Source of the DNA: an uncultured Pseudomonadales bacterium
Lineage (GTDB): Bacteria; Patescibacteriota; Microgenomatia; UBA1400; CAYXSR01
DNA: 64,000 nucleotides
Reading direction: 5' to 3'
Assembly (NCBI GenBank): GCA_964467735.1
Contig: CAYXSR010000002.1
Span: forward strand, 51,885 to 115,884
Below are positions 11,001 to 20,026 of this stretch, piece by piece; position 1 is the first letter of the stretch, and each line of letters begins with the position of its first letter. A program made the position numbers and the translations under genes. The notes below the pieces were generated by a model that was not told the DNA's origin, ran no database searches, and saw only the letters and a list, made by a program, of their open reading frames with translations.

Positions 11001-11149
11001 CTTATATAAGTCCAAGTATGTGAAATCCCAAACAAAGGAAGCTTGGGATAAATAGGAATAAAGATAAAATAGATAAAAATTCCTATTGGTAAAAGCCAGC
11101 GATCAAAAGCCCCTAATAATCTGATGATAAATTTGTCTTTTTGCATCAT
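8072..11149 (-). CDS. Two-module membrane protein: N-terminal O-antigen ligase/Wzy_C-like domain fused to a C-terminal PMT/TMTC-like GT-C domain
   Basis: Residues ~1-520 are polytopic and contain TASRVSFLVYLL and ...ILTGSGYSSISLATDNSYLRTLGETGLLGLLSFL. This matches the Wzy_C/O-antigen ligase consensus (G.G.G....hNsyLqllaE.GiiGl). An acidic insert (EEDEVAEEDLPLG...) interrupts this module. Residues ~540-1025 form a second polytopic module with YFIGDDFTWLKWGAN, resembling the F..DD...I..N motif of PMT/TMTC-type GT-C enzymes, followed by an extracytoplasmic C-terminal domain. The start may be later than 11149, since there is a 47-nt overlap with the next gene. Confidence 0.5.
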   Translation of the reverse strand: MMQKDKFIIRLLGAFDRWLLPIGIFIYFIFIPIYPKLPLFGISHTWTYIRIEDLLVAFLTIIFLAKVVRNRDRLRTPLTGAIFIYWLVGLLSTVVALIFLAPHLANFFPNVSILHYLRRIEYIIPFFFVYTTVKENNKLIKFYLVAIIIGLVGVIIYGFGQKFMGLPAYLTMNEEFAKGIPLRLGPNNRITSTFGGHYDLAAYLVLMLSLFGALFFGIKNKLAKIFYFILFIGAYELLLLTASRVSFLVYLLAISLVLVLLKQKKFIIPVILISFFLSNSVGQMSERLSKTFRVENVVYDKVTGKPIAKLEDIEKLGKVITEEDEVAEEDLPLGTGFIALPPTSLEDSPAATSVAVIKKKIATPLYETLEVATKASEIATISGSFLIQKALVYDISFTTRFQGTWPRAINAFKRNILTGSGYSSISLATDNSYLRTLGETGLLGLLSFLSIFLLIYFWTKKAFSSIKDSFFKSMAAGILGGIFGVAINALMIDIFEASKVAFTVWPLIGILMGIFISFNSSRKIDLKRNIEQFITSPFILFIFICIVGLLLYSGSLNNYFIGDDFTWLKWGANFSFKDIYLPFIDAAGFFYRPIGKIYFFLLYSIFWLKPFGYHATSIIIHLFTALGVFLLTRKYTGRKLTAFLAALFFTIIPSQIETVVWSSGIMIALSALFTIWGLYFWFRFLQTNKSFERIIFLILISILGLLALFSHESGIVFPLLCLLVFLFSKKDKRDFIFVLLFGAEAAFYLFMRLIASSHWLSGDYNYNFLKLPINFVGNLFGYLGLTILGTEFLPFYQNLRGFWREHIFWFVIILIFITVIILKLKKRLNVKLSKVYIDGKIIFFFFSLSFISLLPFLGLGNISIRYNYLASFGFSAILAFVLVSFVYRVRRYKIRMVFLILTSLFLSIYFIKLTIRQLQQWSKASDISYTTLRALKDNYLEFPEGATLCFVNVPIKYENAWVFPVGLEDALWFIYRDQTLGVVKVSELESAKDYKKSTLPTYVFVFDEQNNLKEYLGDEIIEVNE

Positions 11150-11996
11150 TTTTAAGTATAGCAGAAAAAATAATTCTATTTAGAATCCCAATTTTTAAAA
11201 TTATTCTAGCAATAAATTTCTGAAAAGATGATCTGTGTTTGTTGAAAAAATAAATTATTCCTCCAATTTCATTTGAGATTGCTCTTGCCAACCATTCCCT
11301 GCTCAACCCTTGTCTGAAGTGAATTATCTTGATAAATGGAAGGTAAAAAATCCTTATTCCTTTGTCTTTTGCCCGATAACATAAATCTACCTCTTCCATG
11401 TGCATAAAAATTTTTTCATCAAATCCTCCTAGCCTGTTAAAAACTGATTTCTTCATCAATAAAAAAGCTCCTGTCACCCAATCTACTTCTCTTTCTTTAT
11501 TATAAAAAGTTCTATTCTCCTGATGAAATGGTTTCAAAAATAAATTAAGAATAGGAATATCATCAATAAAAAAAGCCCAGTAAAAAAGGTTTTTTAATGA
11601 GGGAAAAAACCCTGCTGACGGCTGAATTGTCTTGTTTTTATTAAAGATTTGACAACCAATAATTGCCTCCTGTTTAAAGTTATAAATCCATTCTATTGTT
11701 TGCTTAAAATTATCACTCAATACCTCCGTATCAGAGTTCAAGAATAATAAATATTTTCCTTTTGCTTTTTTTGCTGCCTGATTATTAGCTATACCAAAAC
11801 CAACATTTTCTTTATTTTCAATAATTTTCACTTTGGGGAATAATTTCTTTGTCTTTCTAACAGAATTGTCAGAAGAATTATTATCAACTATTATCAGTTC
11901 AAAATTAACCGATTTTATCTTTTCAAAAATCGATCTTAAACAATTTTCTAAAATTGTCTCAGTATTATAGGAAACAATTATTATTGAAAGAAGCAT
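11103..11996 (-). CDS. Glycosyltransferase family 2 (GT-A)
   Basis: The track ORF extends to 12086. The likely true start is the internal Met (MLLSIIIVSYNTETILENCL...IIVDNNSSDNS...GFGIANNQAAKKAKGKYLLFLNSD). Its ATG at 11996..11994 sits 1 nt after the upstream gene's stop. Confidence 0.7.
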   Translation of the reverse strand: MLLSIIIVSYNTETILENCLRSIFEKIKSVNFELIIVDNNSSDNSVRKTKKLFPKVKIIENKENVGFGIANNQAAKKAKGKYLLFLNSDTEVLSDNFKQTIEWIYNFKQEAIIGCQIFNKNKTIQPSAGFFPSLKNLFYWAFFIDDIPILNLFLKPFHQENRTFYNKEREVDWVTGAFLLMKKSVFNRLGGFDEKIFMHMEEVDLCYRAKDKGIRIFYLPFIKIIHFRQGLSREWLARAISNEIGGIIYFFNKHRSSFQKFIARIILKIGILNRIIFSAILKNDAKRQIYHQIIRGF

Positions 11997-11997
11997 G

Positions 11998-12591
11998 TTA
12001 TTGAAATAATCTTGGCCTGCCCAAACGATAATTAAGATTAACTGCCTTTCTTTTTCTGATTGGTTTCGCTGGAACACCACCAACAACAGTCATTTCTGGA
12101 ATATCTTTAGTGACTACTGCACCAGCCGCTACGACAGCTCCTCTGCCAATTTTTATTCCGGGTAAAATTATTACTCTGGGACCAATAAAAACATAGTCTT
12201 CAATTAGAACTTGTTCTTCTGTGGCATGAAAGTCTTCAGAATCAATATTATGTTCTGAATTATAAATTAAAACCTGTGAGGCAATATCAACATGGTTCCC
12301 AATTTTTATCTTTGCCCTTCCATCCAAAAAACAATGATCACCAATAATTGTGTCTTCACCAATCTCTATAGCAAGGGGCTTAAAAAAATTTGCCCACATA
12401 TGAATCGTTGAACCACTGCCAATTTTAACTCCGGCTATAGTATAAAACAACCTTCTAACACAATGAGAAGGAATAAATCCTACCCAGCGCAACAACATTA
12501 ACTCAAAATCAAGCCAGCAATTATAAAAACGATTAAGAATTCTTAAATAAATTTCCTTATTTGTTAATTCTCTGCCTATTTTGTCTTTCAT
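11998..12591 (-). CDS. Sugar O-acetyltransferase, left-handed beta-helix (hexapeptide repeat) family
   Basis: IGDHCFLDG...IGNHVDIASQVLIYN...VFIGPRVIILPGIKIGRGAVVAAGAVVTKDIPEMTVVGGVPAKPIRKR (WcaF/maltose-acetyltransferase-like). Confidence 0.7.
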   Translation of the reverse strand: MKDKIGRELTNKEIYLRILNRFYNCWLDFELMLLRWVGFIPSHCVRRLFYTIAGVKIGSGSTIHMWANFFKPLAIEIGEDTIIGDHCFLDGRAKIKIGNHVDIASQVLIYNSEHNIDSEDFHATEEQVLIEDYVFIGPRVIILPGIKIGRGAVVAAGAVVTKDIPEMTVVGGVPAKPIRKRKAVNLNYRLGRPRLFQ

Positions 12592-13681
12592 AAAACTCTA
12601 TTAACTCTTCTAATACTAATTCTGCTGATCTTCGCCAGGAAAACTTTTTAAACTGCTTAAAACCATTATTTATCAACTTTTTTCTCTCGGCTTCATTTAA
12701 TTTTAACACTTTGGCTAACGCTTGCGCAATTGAATCTACATCTTGGGGGTTATCTATATAAATTGCTGCCTTATCGGCTACCTCAGGCAAACTGGCAACC
12801 CGAGAACAAACTACCAATGTTCCTACCGCCATTGCTTCCAGAATCGGAATACCAAAGCCTTCCCATAAAGAAGGCAAAACTAATGCCCTTGCATCAGCAA
12901 TTAATTGTTGTTTTTCTTTCTCCTTTGTAAACCCAGTGAAAACAATTCTTTTTTCTAGTTTTAATTTTTTAACAAGTTTAAAAATATCTTTATACAACCA
13001 GCCTTTTTTTCCAACAATCATAAGTTTGAACTCTTTTTTATCTAACTTATTAAAAGCCTCTATCAATCTTTTGATGTTTTTACTTGGTTTTAAGGTTCCT
13101 ACATAAATAAAATAATCTTTCTTTTGTTGTGATTTTATATTTATTTTTTTTCCATATACGCCTGGATAAATCACAATTATTTTTTCATTATCAATCTTAT
13201 AATTCTTCACTATATCCCTTTTGCTAAATTCAGATATGGTAATAATTTTTGCCGCTTTTTTTGTTGATTTTTTTGTCCAATATTTAAGCTGAAAATAGTC
13301 CTTTTTGGTAAATTGTTCTGGCCAACGCAAAAAACCAAGATCCATAATTGAAATTACAAAAGGAATTGGTGAAAAAGCAGGCCCATAATGAGAAGGACTG
13401 AAAAGAATATCTGGCCGTGGTCGTCCCAAAAAAAGTCTTTTTACCAAACCTGTCAAGGTCCAAAGTTTTTTCGGACCAAAAACTTCATACTGCCACCATT
13501 CAGTCGAAGGGGGAAAGTCCGGTAAAGGATCAGAATTCAAAAAAATTCTAAAATTTAAATATTGATAATTTCTACTGTTTTTTCTCAGTTGATAAATATT
13601 ATTTAAAAGCTCAAAGCTGAATTGGTTGACACCTACTCTTTTGCCTACATTAGCCTCATTAGCATCAATAGCAATTAACAT
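12557..13681 (-). CDS. Glycosyltransferase family 4 (GT-B)
   Basis: YVGTLKPSKNIKRLIEAF...EGFGIPILEAMAVGTLVVCSRVASLPEV. Confidence 0.75.
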   Translation of the reverse strand: MLIAIDANEANVGKRVGVNQFSFELLNNIYQLRKNSRNYQYLNFRIFLNSDPLPDFPPSTEWWQYEVFGPKKLWTLTGLVKRLFLGRPRPDILFSPSHYGPAFSPIPFVISIMDLGFLRWPEQFTKKDYFQLKYWTKKSTKKAAKIITISEFSKRDIVKNYKIDNEKIIVIYPGVYGKKINIKSQQKKDYFIYVGTLKPSKNIKRLIEAFNKLDKKEFKLMIVGKKGWLYKDIFKLVKKLKLEKRIVFTGFTKEKEKQQLIADARALVLPSLWEGFGIPILEAMAVGTLVVCSRVASLPEVADKAAIYIDNPQDVDSIAQALAKVLKLNEAERKKLINNGFKQFKKFSWRRSAELVLEELIEFYERQNRQRINK

Positions 13682-14745
13682 CTAATTGCCTCCATGTATG
13701 CTTTTAGCGTATTTTCAGCGGTTTGTCTCCAAGTAAACTTTTTTACTTGAGTTTTTCCTTCTTTTATTAACTTAGTCCTTAAATCCTTTTTTTCTAAAAC
13801 CTTTTCAATTGCTCTAGTAATGCTATTAGTTGACAAAGGATCTATTAGAATAGCCGCTTTACCAGCTAGTTCTGGTAAGCTTGATAAATTAGAAGTAATC
13901 ACTGGGCAACTAGCAGCCATGGCTTCTAATATTGGCAAACCAAAACCTTCATAAAGACTTGGGTAAACAAAAACTTTTGCATGTTTATATAACAACTTGA
14001 GTGTTTCCTCTGGTACAAAACCCAAAATATTTATTTGTTCGTTTTTAAAATTTAATTGTTTATTCCCCCATCCATATTTTCCAGCAATTACTAATTTTAC
14101 GTTTTTGTTTTTCTTTATTACTACTCGAAAAGCATTAATTAACCTTTTTAAATTCTTTCGTGGCTCTCTTGTTCCAACAGTTAAAATATAATCACCTTCT
14201 ACTAAAGACTCTCCTTCTGCTTTATTTTCTTCTACACCAAGATAAATCACTTTAATTTTCTTTTTAGGAATACCAATAATTTTAATTAAATCTTCTTTTG
14301 TCGAATAGGAATCAGCAATAATCAAATCGGCCTCTTTTTTAACCCACCTCATTCTTCTCTTATGAGTTTCAACAATTTTAGGATGAAGGGTTTGGGGATA
14401 CTTCCAGGGAGTTAAATCATGAACTGTGGTCACTAGTCGAGTTTTTTTTACTGGCGGTTGTGTCCAATCAGAACAATGGAAAATATCAATCTTTCCAATA
14501 AAGTTCTCAATTGGAAAGATATGAAATCTATTCCATAAAATATCTAACAAAGAAGGCGGTAGACCAAACTTTTTAATTTCTGCTCTAGAAAAATTCTCAT
14601 TTAGTTTTCTTCTTAATGAAGAAAAAAATAAAACATAATCATTTTCTTTATCTATCTTAAGCAGGTATTCCACTAATTTAGCTGTATAACGTGCTACCCC
14701 TGTTCCTTGATAAATAATTTGGCTTATATCAATTCCTATTCTCAT
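13675..14745 (-). CDS. Glycosyltransferase family 4 (GT-B)
   Basis: VGTREPRKNLKRLINAF...EGFGLPILEAMAASCPVITSNLSSLPEL. Confidence 0.75.
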   Translation of the reverse strand: MRIGIDISQIIYQGTGVARYTAKLVEYLLKIDKENDYVLFFSSLRRKLNENFSRAEIKKFGLPPSLLDILWNRFHIFPIENFIGKIDIFHCSDWTQPPVKKTRLVTTVHDLTPWKYPQTLHPKIVETHKRRMRWVKKEADLIIADSYSTKEDLIKIIGIPKKKIKVIYLGVEENKAEGESLVEGDYILTVGTREPRKNLKRLINAFRVVIKKNKNVKLVIAGKYGWGNKQLNFKNEQINILGFVPEETLKLLYKHAKVFVYPSLYEGFGLPILEAMAASCPVITSNLSSLPELAGKAAILIDPLSTNSITRAIEKVLEKKDLRTKLIKEGKTQVKKFTWRQTAENTLKAYMEAIRC

Positions 14746-14972
14746 TGTTTGTTTTTATTGAGATTTATAATTTCGAAAACTAAAAATACTATAAAAAAAG
14801 CAACTGCATACCAAGTTAGACGTTGGGCGGTAAAAAAGATTTTTAAATAGAATAAAAACATTGCTATAAGCAGAAAAGATAGACCAGCTAAAACCAAAAG
14901 TTTTCTTTGTTTTACAAAAATCAACAACCAAAGAAAAATTAATAAAAAGATGGTATCTTGAATCTTCATCAT
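14742..14972 (-). CDS. Small hydrophobic protein (2-3 TM helices), unknown function
   Basis: 76 aa, very hydrophobic, with a 4-nt overlap to the downstream GT4. Only 26 bp separate it from the divergent gene at 14999, so the promoter for the + gene must overlap it. This lowers confidence that it is real. Confidence 0.3.
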   Translation of the reverse strand: MMKIQDTIFLLIFLWLLIFVKQRKLLVLAGLSFLLIAMFLFYLKIFFTAQRLTWYAVAFFIVFLVFEIINLNKNKQ

Positions 14973-14998
14973 AGTCTAATTATTATTATATACAAAAG

Positions 14999-16411
14999 AT
15001 GATAAAAAGTGTGGATTTTAAAAAATTAATTATTCTCTGGATTTTATTGCTATCTGTTTTGTATAGCCTGCTTTCTATTTTACGACATGATCATTTTCAG
15101 TCAGGAGGTTTTGATCTGGGTCTTTTTGATCAAACTGTTTGGCAGTATTCCCGCTTCCTTTATCCTTATAATACAATTAAAGATCGTTTTATTCTAGGCG
15201 ATCATTTTACGCCAATATTAACTCTTTTATCGCCTTTATATTGGCTTTGGAGCAACGTCCGACTGCTTTTAATATTTCAAGCATTTTGGATCAGTTTTTC
15301 CACATTTGCAATTTTCAAGATTGCTAAATTAAAAAAAATGTCCAGCTTTACAGCTTTTGCAGTTAGCTTTAGCTACAGTATTTTTTATGGCATCCAACAA
15401 GCAGTTTTTTTTGACTTTCATCCGGTAGTTATCGGTGTTGGCCTATTATCATGGCTTGCTTATTTTTGGCTAGCTGACAAAAAAAAGCTATTTTATGCCA
15501 CTTTAGTACTTTTATTCTTAACCCAAGAAAATATGGGGATCGGTCTTGCTTGCTTAAGCCTTATTTTTTTCTTCGAGAAAAACCAGCAAAAAAAAGCATT
15601 AACAATGTTTATCTCAGGAATTGCTATTAGTCTAATAGAAGCTAAAATTATTAGCCGTTTCTCTCCTGTAGGATTCCAATATCAACCTGAAATAAACCTC
15701 AACCTAATCAAAATAGCTACTGATTTATTTAACAGCGAGGAAAAAAGACAAGTCTGGCTTTATTCCTTAAGCTGGTTTTCCTTTTTACCTTTACTTTCAC
15801 CTGGTTCCTTAATGGCAGTAATTGCTGATTTAGCACAATATTTTGTTACCGGCCCAGAATTTCAAAGAATGTGGAGCCCATTTATGCACCACCGTATCAC
15901 TCTATCGCTTTTTTTAATTTTAGGAGTAATCCAAGTTTTAAATTACCGTTTTTTTAAAAAATGGCGGTTTTGGCTATCATTGATAATCTTATCAACTAGC
16001 ATCTTTTGCCAGTACTACTTCCATTTTCCCTTAAATAAATTAAGCAAAAGTATTTATTGGAAAAAAGAATTTTGGATGGATGATAATAAAGAAATGTTTA
16101 GTCAAATTTCCTCTGATGTTAGTATTGCCACTCAACAGAATTTAGTACCTCATTTGTCCCAAAGAAAAGAAATCTACCTAATCTGGCCAAGGATGCATAA
16201 GGTTGATAATTTTTGTGAGAACTGCTGGTGGTTAGATTTTGCAGGAAAACCAGAATATTTGCTTGTTGACTTAAGACCCAACCAATGGTTAACCCAACTT
16301 CTTGAAAGTAATGAAAATTTTAAACAGGCAGTTAATAATATGAAAAAAGCAGGAAAAATTGAGTTCAATAGAAAAATTAATAATATTTATCTTTATAACA
16401 TTAACTATTAA
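14999..16411 (+). CDS. Polytopic membrane protein, DUF2079-like (putative GT-C-type glycosyltransferase)
   Basis: 470 aa with many TM helices. N-terminal region SILRHDHFQSGGFDLGLFDQTVWQYSRF...GDHFTPILTLLSP resembles the DUF2079 family signature as I recall it. Confidence 0.45.
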   Translation: MIKSVDFKKLIILWILLLSVLYSLLSILRHDHFQSGGFDLGLFDQTVWQYSRFLYPYNTIKDRFILGDHFTPILTLLSPLYWLWSNVRLLLIFQAFWISFSTFAIFKIAKLKKMSSFTAFAVSFSYSIFYGIQQAVFFDFHPVVIGVGLLSWLAYFWLADKKKLFYATLVLLFLTQENMGIGLACLSLIFFFEKNQQKKALTMFISGIAISLIEAKIISRFSPVGFQYQPEINLNLIKIATDLFNSEEKRQVWLYSLSWFSFLPLLSPGSLMAVIADLAQYFVTGPEFQRMWSPFMHHRITLSLFLILGVIQVLNYRFFKKWRFWLSLIILSTSIFCQYYFHFPLNKLSKSIYWKKEFWMDDNKEMFSQISSDVSIATQQNLVPHLSQRKEIYLIWPRMHKVDNFCENCWWLDFAGKPEYLLVDLRPNQWLTQLLESNENFKQAVNNMKKAGKIEFNRKINNIYLYNINY

Positions 16412-17641
16412 ATGAAAAAGAAAGTTCTATTTCAGGTTTTGTTCTTTTTATTTGTACTAATTATATATCTTTTTATAGCGGGAAAGGCCAATTGGCAGTT
16501 TAAAAAAAGTAATTTTCCCTATTTTAATTATCTAGCTGATTCTCTTTTGCAACAAAAATGGGATTTGGTCAATCCTCCTGCAAGCCGTTATGATTTAAGT
16601 CAATATCAAGGTAGGGTCTACCTTTATTGGGGTCCCTTACCGGCAATAACAATAATACCTTTAATTTTTATCTTCGGAAAAAACACAAGTGATTTTATTT
16701 ATACTGCTTGTTTTGGTTCCTTAAATGCCCTGCTTTTAACTTTTGTCTTATCAAAACTAAACCAGCTTCTTAAAAACAAACTAAGTTTTGTAAATATTTT
16801 CCTGTTAACTGTTTTTTTTGCCTTTGGGACTGTAAACTTTGCTGTTTCTGTTGTCGGTAGAGTCTGGTTTACTTCTCAGGTTATTTCTTTGACTGTTTTT
16901 CTAATCTCTTTGTACTTTTTGCTTGATTATTTATTTTCAAAAAAGAACATCAAGTTTATTTTGGCAACTTGTTTTCTTATGACTGCTGGTTTTGGCCGAC
17001 TGACCTATTTACTTTATCTACCTATGTTTGTCTTGTCTTTATTTTTTACAAAACCATTTAATAAAAAGAAAGTAATTACCAACAGCTTTTTCCTGATATT
17101 TTTTATTATATCTTTTTTTGCATTATATGGTTTTTACAATTATAAAAGGTTCCAAAATCCATTTGAAACTGGTTATAATTTTCAAGCAGAAAGAAATGAT
17201 TTTACGAAATTAAGGAAAAATTATGGCAGATATAATATTATTTATTTAGTTCAAAATATTAAGTATCAGCTAATAAATCCTCTTCTGTTTGAAAACAAGT
17301 TTCCTTTTATTAAACCAAACTTAAAAGGAAACGGTATTTTTATCACCTCTCCTCTGTTTTTACTTTTGGTTTTTTATATAAAAAAAGTGCTGAAAAACAA
17401 ATATAATATTTTGTTAATAAGCGGCGTCTTACCAATCTTTACTCAACTTATGCTTTTTTATGGCACCGGAGAATCACAGTTTGGCGCCCGTTATTTATTA
17501 GATTTAATTCCCTTGTTAATCTTAATATTAGCTACTTTTATAGAAACAGTCTCTAAAAAAGTCTTTTTACCTTTATTTGCGGTTTCCGTTATTATTTCGA
17601 CTTTAGGTGCAGTCTGGTTTTCAATATATAAACAGTGGTAA
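16412..17641 (+). CDS. Polytopic membrane protein, GT-C-like (ArnT/PMT-related)
   Basis: 409 aa, about 11 TM helices. The first loop DLSQYQGRVYLYWGPLPAI resembles the D..Y...Y.yW.PLp loop of ArnT-like enzymes. The start ATG is immediately after the stop of the upstream gene. Confidence 0.4.
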   Translation: MKKKVLFQVLFFLFVLIIYLFIAGKANWQFKKSNFPYFNYLADSLLQQKWDLVNPPASRYDLSQYQGRVYLYWGPLPAITIIPLIFIFGKNTSDFIYTACFGSLNALLLTFVLSKLNQLLKNKLSFVNIFLLTVFFAFGTVNFAVSVVGRVWFTSQVISLTVFLISLYFLLDYLFSKKNIKFILATCFLMTAGFGRLTYLLYLPMFVLSLFFTKPFNKKKVITNSFFLIFFIISFFALYGFYNYKRFQNPFETGYNFQAERNDFTKLRKNYGRYNIIYLVQNIKYQLINPLLFENKFPFIKPNLKGNGIFITSPLFLLLVFYIKKVLKNKYNILLISGVLPIFTQLMLFYGTGESQFGARYLLDLIPLLILILATFIETVSKKVFLPLFAVSVIISTLGAVWFSIYKQW

Positions 17642-19649
17642 TAAAAACGGTAAGCATTGATATTAAAAATAAAATATTTATTATTTTCTGAAGCTTATAT
17701 TCAATAACAATCTCATTATTTCCAATTTGCTCTATAAAAAAGGAGTTTAGCTTATTTCTTTCTTTTGACCTAATTATTTTATCGTTAATCTTTGCTTCCC
17801 AGTTTTCGTCAAAACTTTCAGAAAATACCAAATCAACAGGCTCTTTATTGTTAATCTTAACAATATATTTGGTACTGTTTACCATTTGAAAGCTTAGATT
17901 AGAGTTCGAATCAGTCCAAAATAGTCCTCTAGGTGGATTCTCCAAAGAAAAAACTTTTAATTTCTCAAAACCTTCTATTGGCTTATAAAAACCAGTTTGC
18001 GTAATAAAATTAATTAGCTTTTGTCTTGCTTGCTCATCATATTGTCTTTCTTTAACGAATATCTCTCCTTCTGTATCAAATGGAACAATCAAATATTTAA
18101 CATTCAATTCCTGAAAAATCTTTAAAACCTCCTTATTTGCTAAATAAGAAAAATCGGCCGGGTAACAGTGCTCATTCTCTGGACATTGAAAGTATTCCTT
18201 GTCTAAATTGCTTATTTTTAAACTGCAAAATGGATCCTCACAATAATCGTCAATTGTCCAAAAGTCAGCAGACATTACGGGGTGTTCATCGTCGTAATAG
18301 GTAAATCGCTGGGTTGAAGGTAACCAAAAGGTACGAAAACTAGCATCTTTAGAAATAATAAAATCCTTAAATTTTACATAATCATTCGACACTGAAGAAA
18401 GAATCAGGGATTTTTTTATATTTCCTTTTATTGCCGGCATTAGAATAATAATAAAAATTGAAATAAAAACAACGCCAGCATTAAGAACATTTTTCTTCCC
18501 CATCCTTCTGTCTAAGTTGTAAATTGTCCAAGGAATAAGCATGGAATAACCCAAACAAATCAAACTATAAAACTTTGTTGGATCACGAAACATATTCATG
18601 CCGGGAATATACTTAAATAAAAATAAGTAAATTTTTCCAAAGGGTTCATTTATTCCTTTTGAAAAAAAAATACCAACAATCGCTAGACAAGCAAAAAAGA
18701 GTACCATTTTTTTTACTTGTCTTTGTTTATTAATAAATAGAAGTGAACTAAAAATAAGCAATGGAAAAACTATAAATAAGGGATTAATCATGCTTATTTT
18801 ACCGAAGATATTTTCATACCAGTTAGGGTGGAATAGAGACAATGATGAACTAAGATCAGCAAAAGAAAAAAACTTTAGCGCTTCTTTGCTTGTATATACT
18901 TGATTACTAATATCAACACCCGTGGAACCACTAATTAATATTGGAACAATCCAAAAAGAATGAATAAAAAAGGCAATCATAAAAACAAAAGCAAATATTT
19001 TCAAAAACTTTATAACTGTTTTTTTTGACTGTCTTATGTTAACAAAAATATTGAATAGAAAAAAAGAAAATATTATAAACAACAGCAAGTAAGCAAAGCG
19101 CAGATCAAAAATAATCATTAAAGAAAAAGCAAGGGAAAAAAATATTATATAATCTACTTTTGATTTTTCATACGCTAATAAGAATAATAAAAAAGCAAAA
19201 GGCAAAAAAGAATAAGCCAAAAAAACACTTGTCTGACCACCAGAAACTATCATCAAAAAATAACTATTTAATCCATAAATCAAAGAGCTAAAGAATGCAT
19301 AATTGTTATTTTTAAATATTTTTTTATAAAGATAAAAAGGGCCAATAAAGGAAAAAATAAGTGCTGGGAAAAACCAGATTATTCTCTCAACAATAGCAAA
19401 GCTTAAAAACTTACCCAGAAATCCCATTGGAATTAAATAATAATAAGGAGCCAAAAAGAAAAAAGTTCTTCCCCCCAATCCACCGTTTCTAAAGGTTTCC
19501 CAAGCAGGCGGAAACCTGAAATAATTAACTAAATTTTCCTTAAAAAAATAGTTTAAATCTCCACTTACAATTGGAATATTTATCTTCAGTAGCCAATGTC
19601 TAAAGATAAATATAAAAAGAAAAGCTACTATTATTTTTAAATATCTCAT
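17592..19649 (-). CDS. Large GT-C-like membrane protein, paralog A of a three-member family (YfhO/AftD-like architecture)
   Basis: 685 aa: N-terminal block of about 11 TM helices, an extracytoplasmic domain, and one C-terminal TM helix (INILFLISMLTVFITTVYIL). It shares with 20019..23492 and 23497..26415 the motif KG.NxPFG..Y.FL....P.....FR (FFSKGINEPFGKIYLFLFKYIPGMNMFRD) and a C-terminal EY..Q+ anchor motif. Confidence 0.5.
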   Translation of the reverse strand: MRYLKIIVAFLFIFIFRHWLLKINIPIVSGDLNYFFKENLVNYFRFPPAWETFRNGGLGGRTFFFLAPYYYLIPMGFLGKFLSFAIVERIIWFFPALIFSFIGPFYLYKKIFKNNNYAFFSSLIYGLNSYFLMIVSGGQTSVFLAYSFLPFAFLLFLLAYEKSKVDYIIFFSLAFSLMIIFDLRFAYLLLFIIFSFFLFNIFVNIRQSKKTVIKFLKIFAFVFMIAFFIHSFWIVPILISGSTGVDISNQVYTSKEALKFFSFADLSSSLSLFHPNWYENIFGKISMINPLFIVFPLLIFSSLLFINKQRQVKKMVLFFACLAIVGIFFSKGINEPFGKIYLFLFKYIPGMNMFRDPTKFYSLICLGYSMLIPWTIYNLDRRMGKKNVLNAGVVFISIFIIILMPAIKGNIKKSLILSSVSNDYVKFKDFIISKDASFRTFWLPSTQRFTYYDDEHPVMSADFWTIDDYCEDPFCSLKISNLDKEYFQCPENEHCYPADFSYLANKEVLKIFQELNVKYLIVPFDTEGEIFVKERQYDEQARQKLINFITQTGFYKPIEGFEKLKVFSLENPPRGLFWTDSNSNLSFQMVNSTKYIVKINNKEPVDLVFSESFDENWEAKINDKIIRSKERNKLNSFFIEQIGNNEIVIEYKLQKIINILFLISMLTVFITTVYILKTRLHLKSK

Positions 19650-20026
19650 TTATGAAATCGAAGTTTACTTTTAACAAAAATCAACAATTCATTGATTATC
19701 CATTTGCAAAGACCAAGACTTATAAAAATAAACTCCCAAACTGCAAAAGCTTCGGCCAACCTTTCTCTTTTGGTTATTAAAACAAAAGGAACAGGAATTA
19801 GGAAAAAAATTGCGATTAAGAAAAACCATCTTTCTTCGAAAGATAAAACATAAAAAATTAAAAGCCAATATAAAAAAACAAAAGCAGTAAAAGAACTATT
19901 CAATCCTCTAAAAATAAAAACACCTGCCAAAGATAAAAGGAAACCAGCCAATATGGCTGCTATTCTTATTTTGTTGTTTTTTCTTAAACCTTTAAGAACT
20001 GTATTAATCTTCTTTATTTTATTCAT
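19646..20026 (-). CDS. Small membrane protein (3-4 TM helices), unknown function
   Basis: 126 aa and hydrophobic. It sits between the paralogous giant membrane proteins and overlaps both neighbours by a few nt. Confidence 0.4.
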   Translation of the reverse strand: MNKIKKINTVLKGLRKNNKIRIAAILAGFLLSLAGVFIFRGLNSSFTAFVFLYWLLIFYVLSFEERWFFLIAIFFLIPVPFVLITKRERLAEAFAVWEFIFISLGLCKWIINELLIFVKSKLRFHK

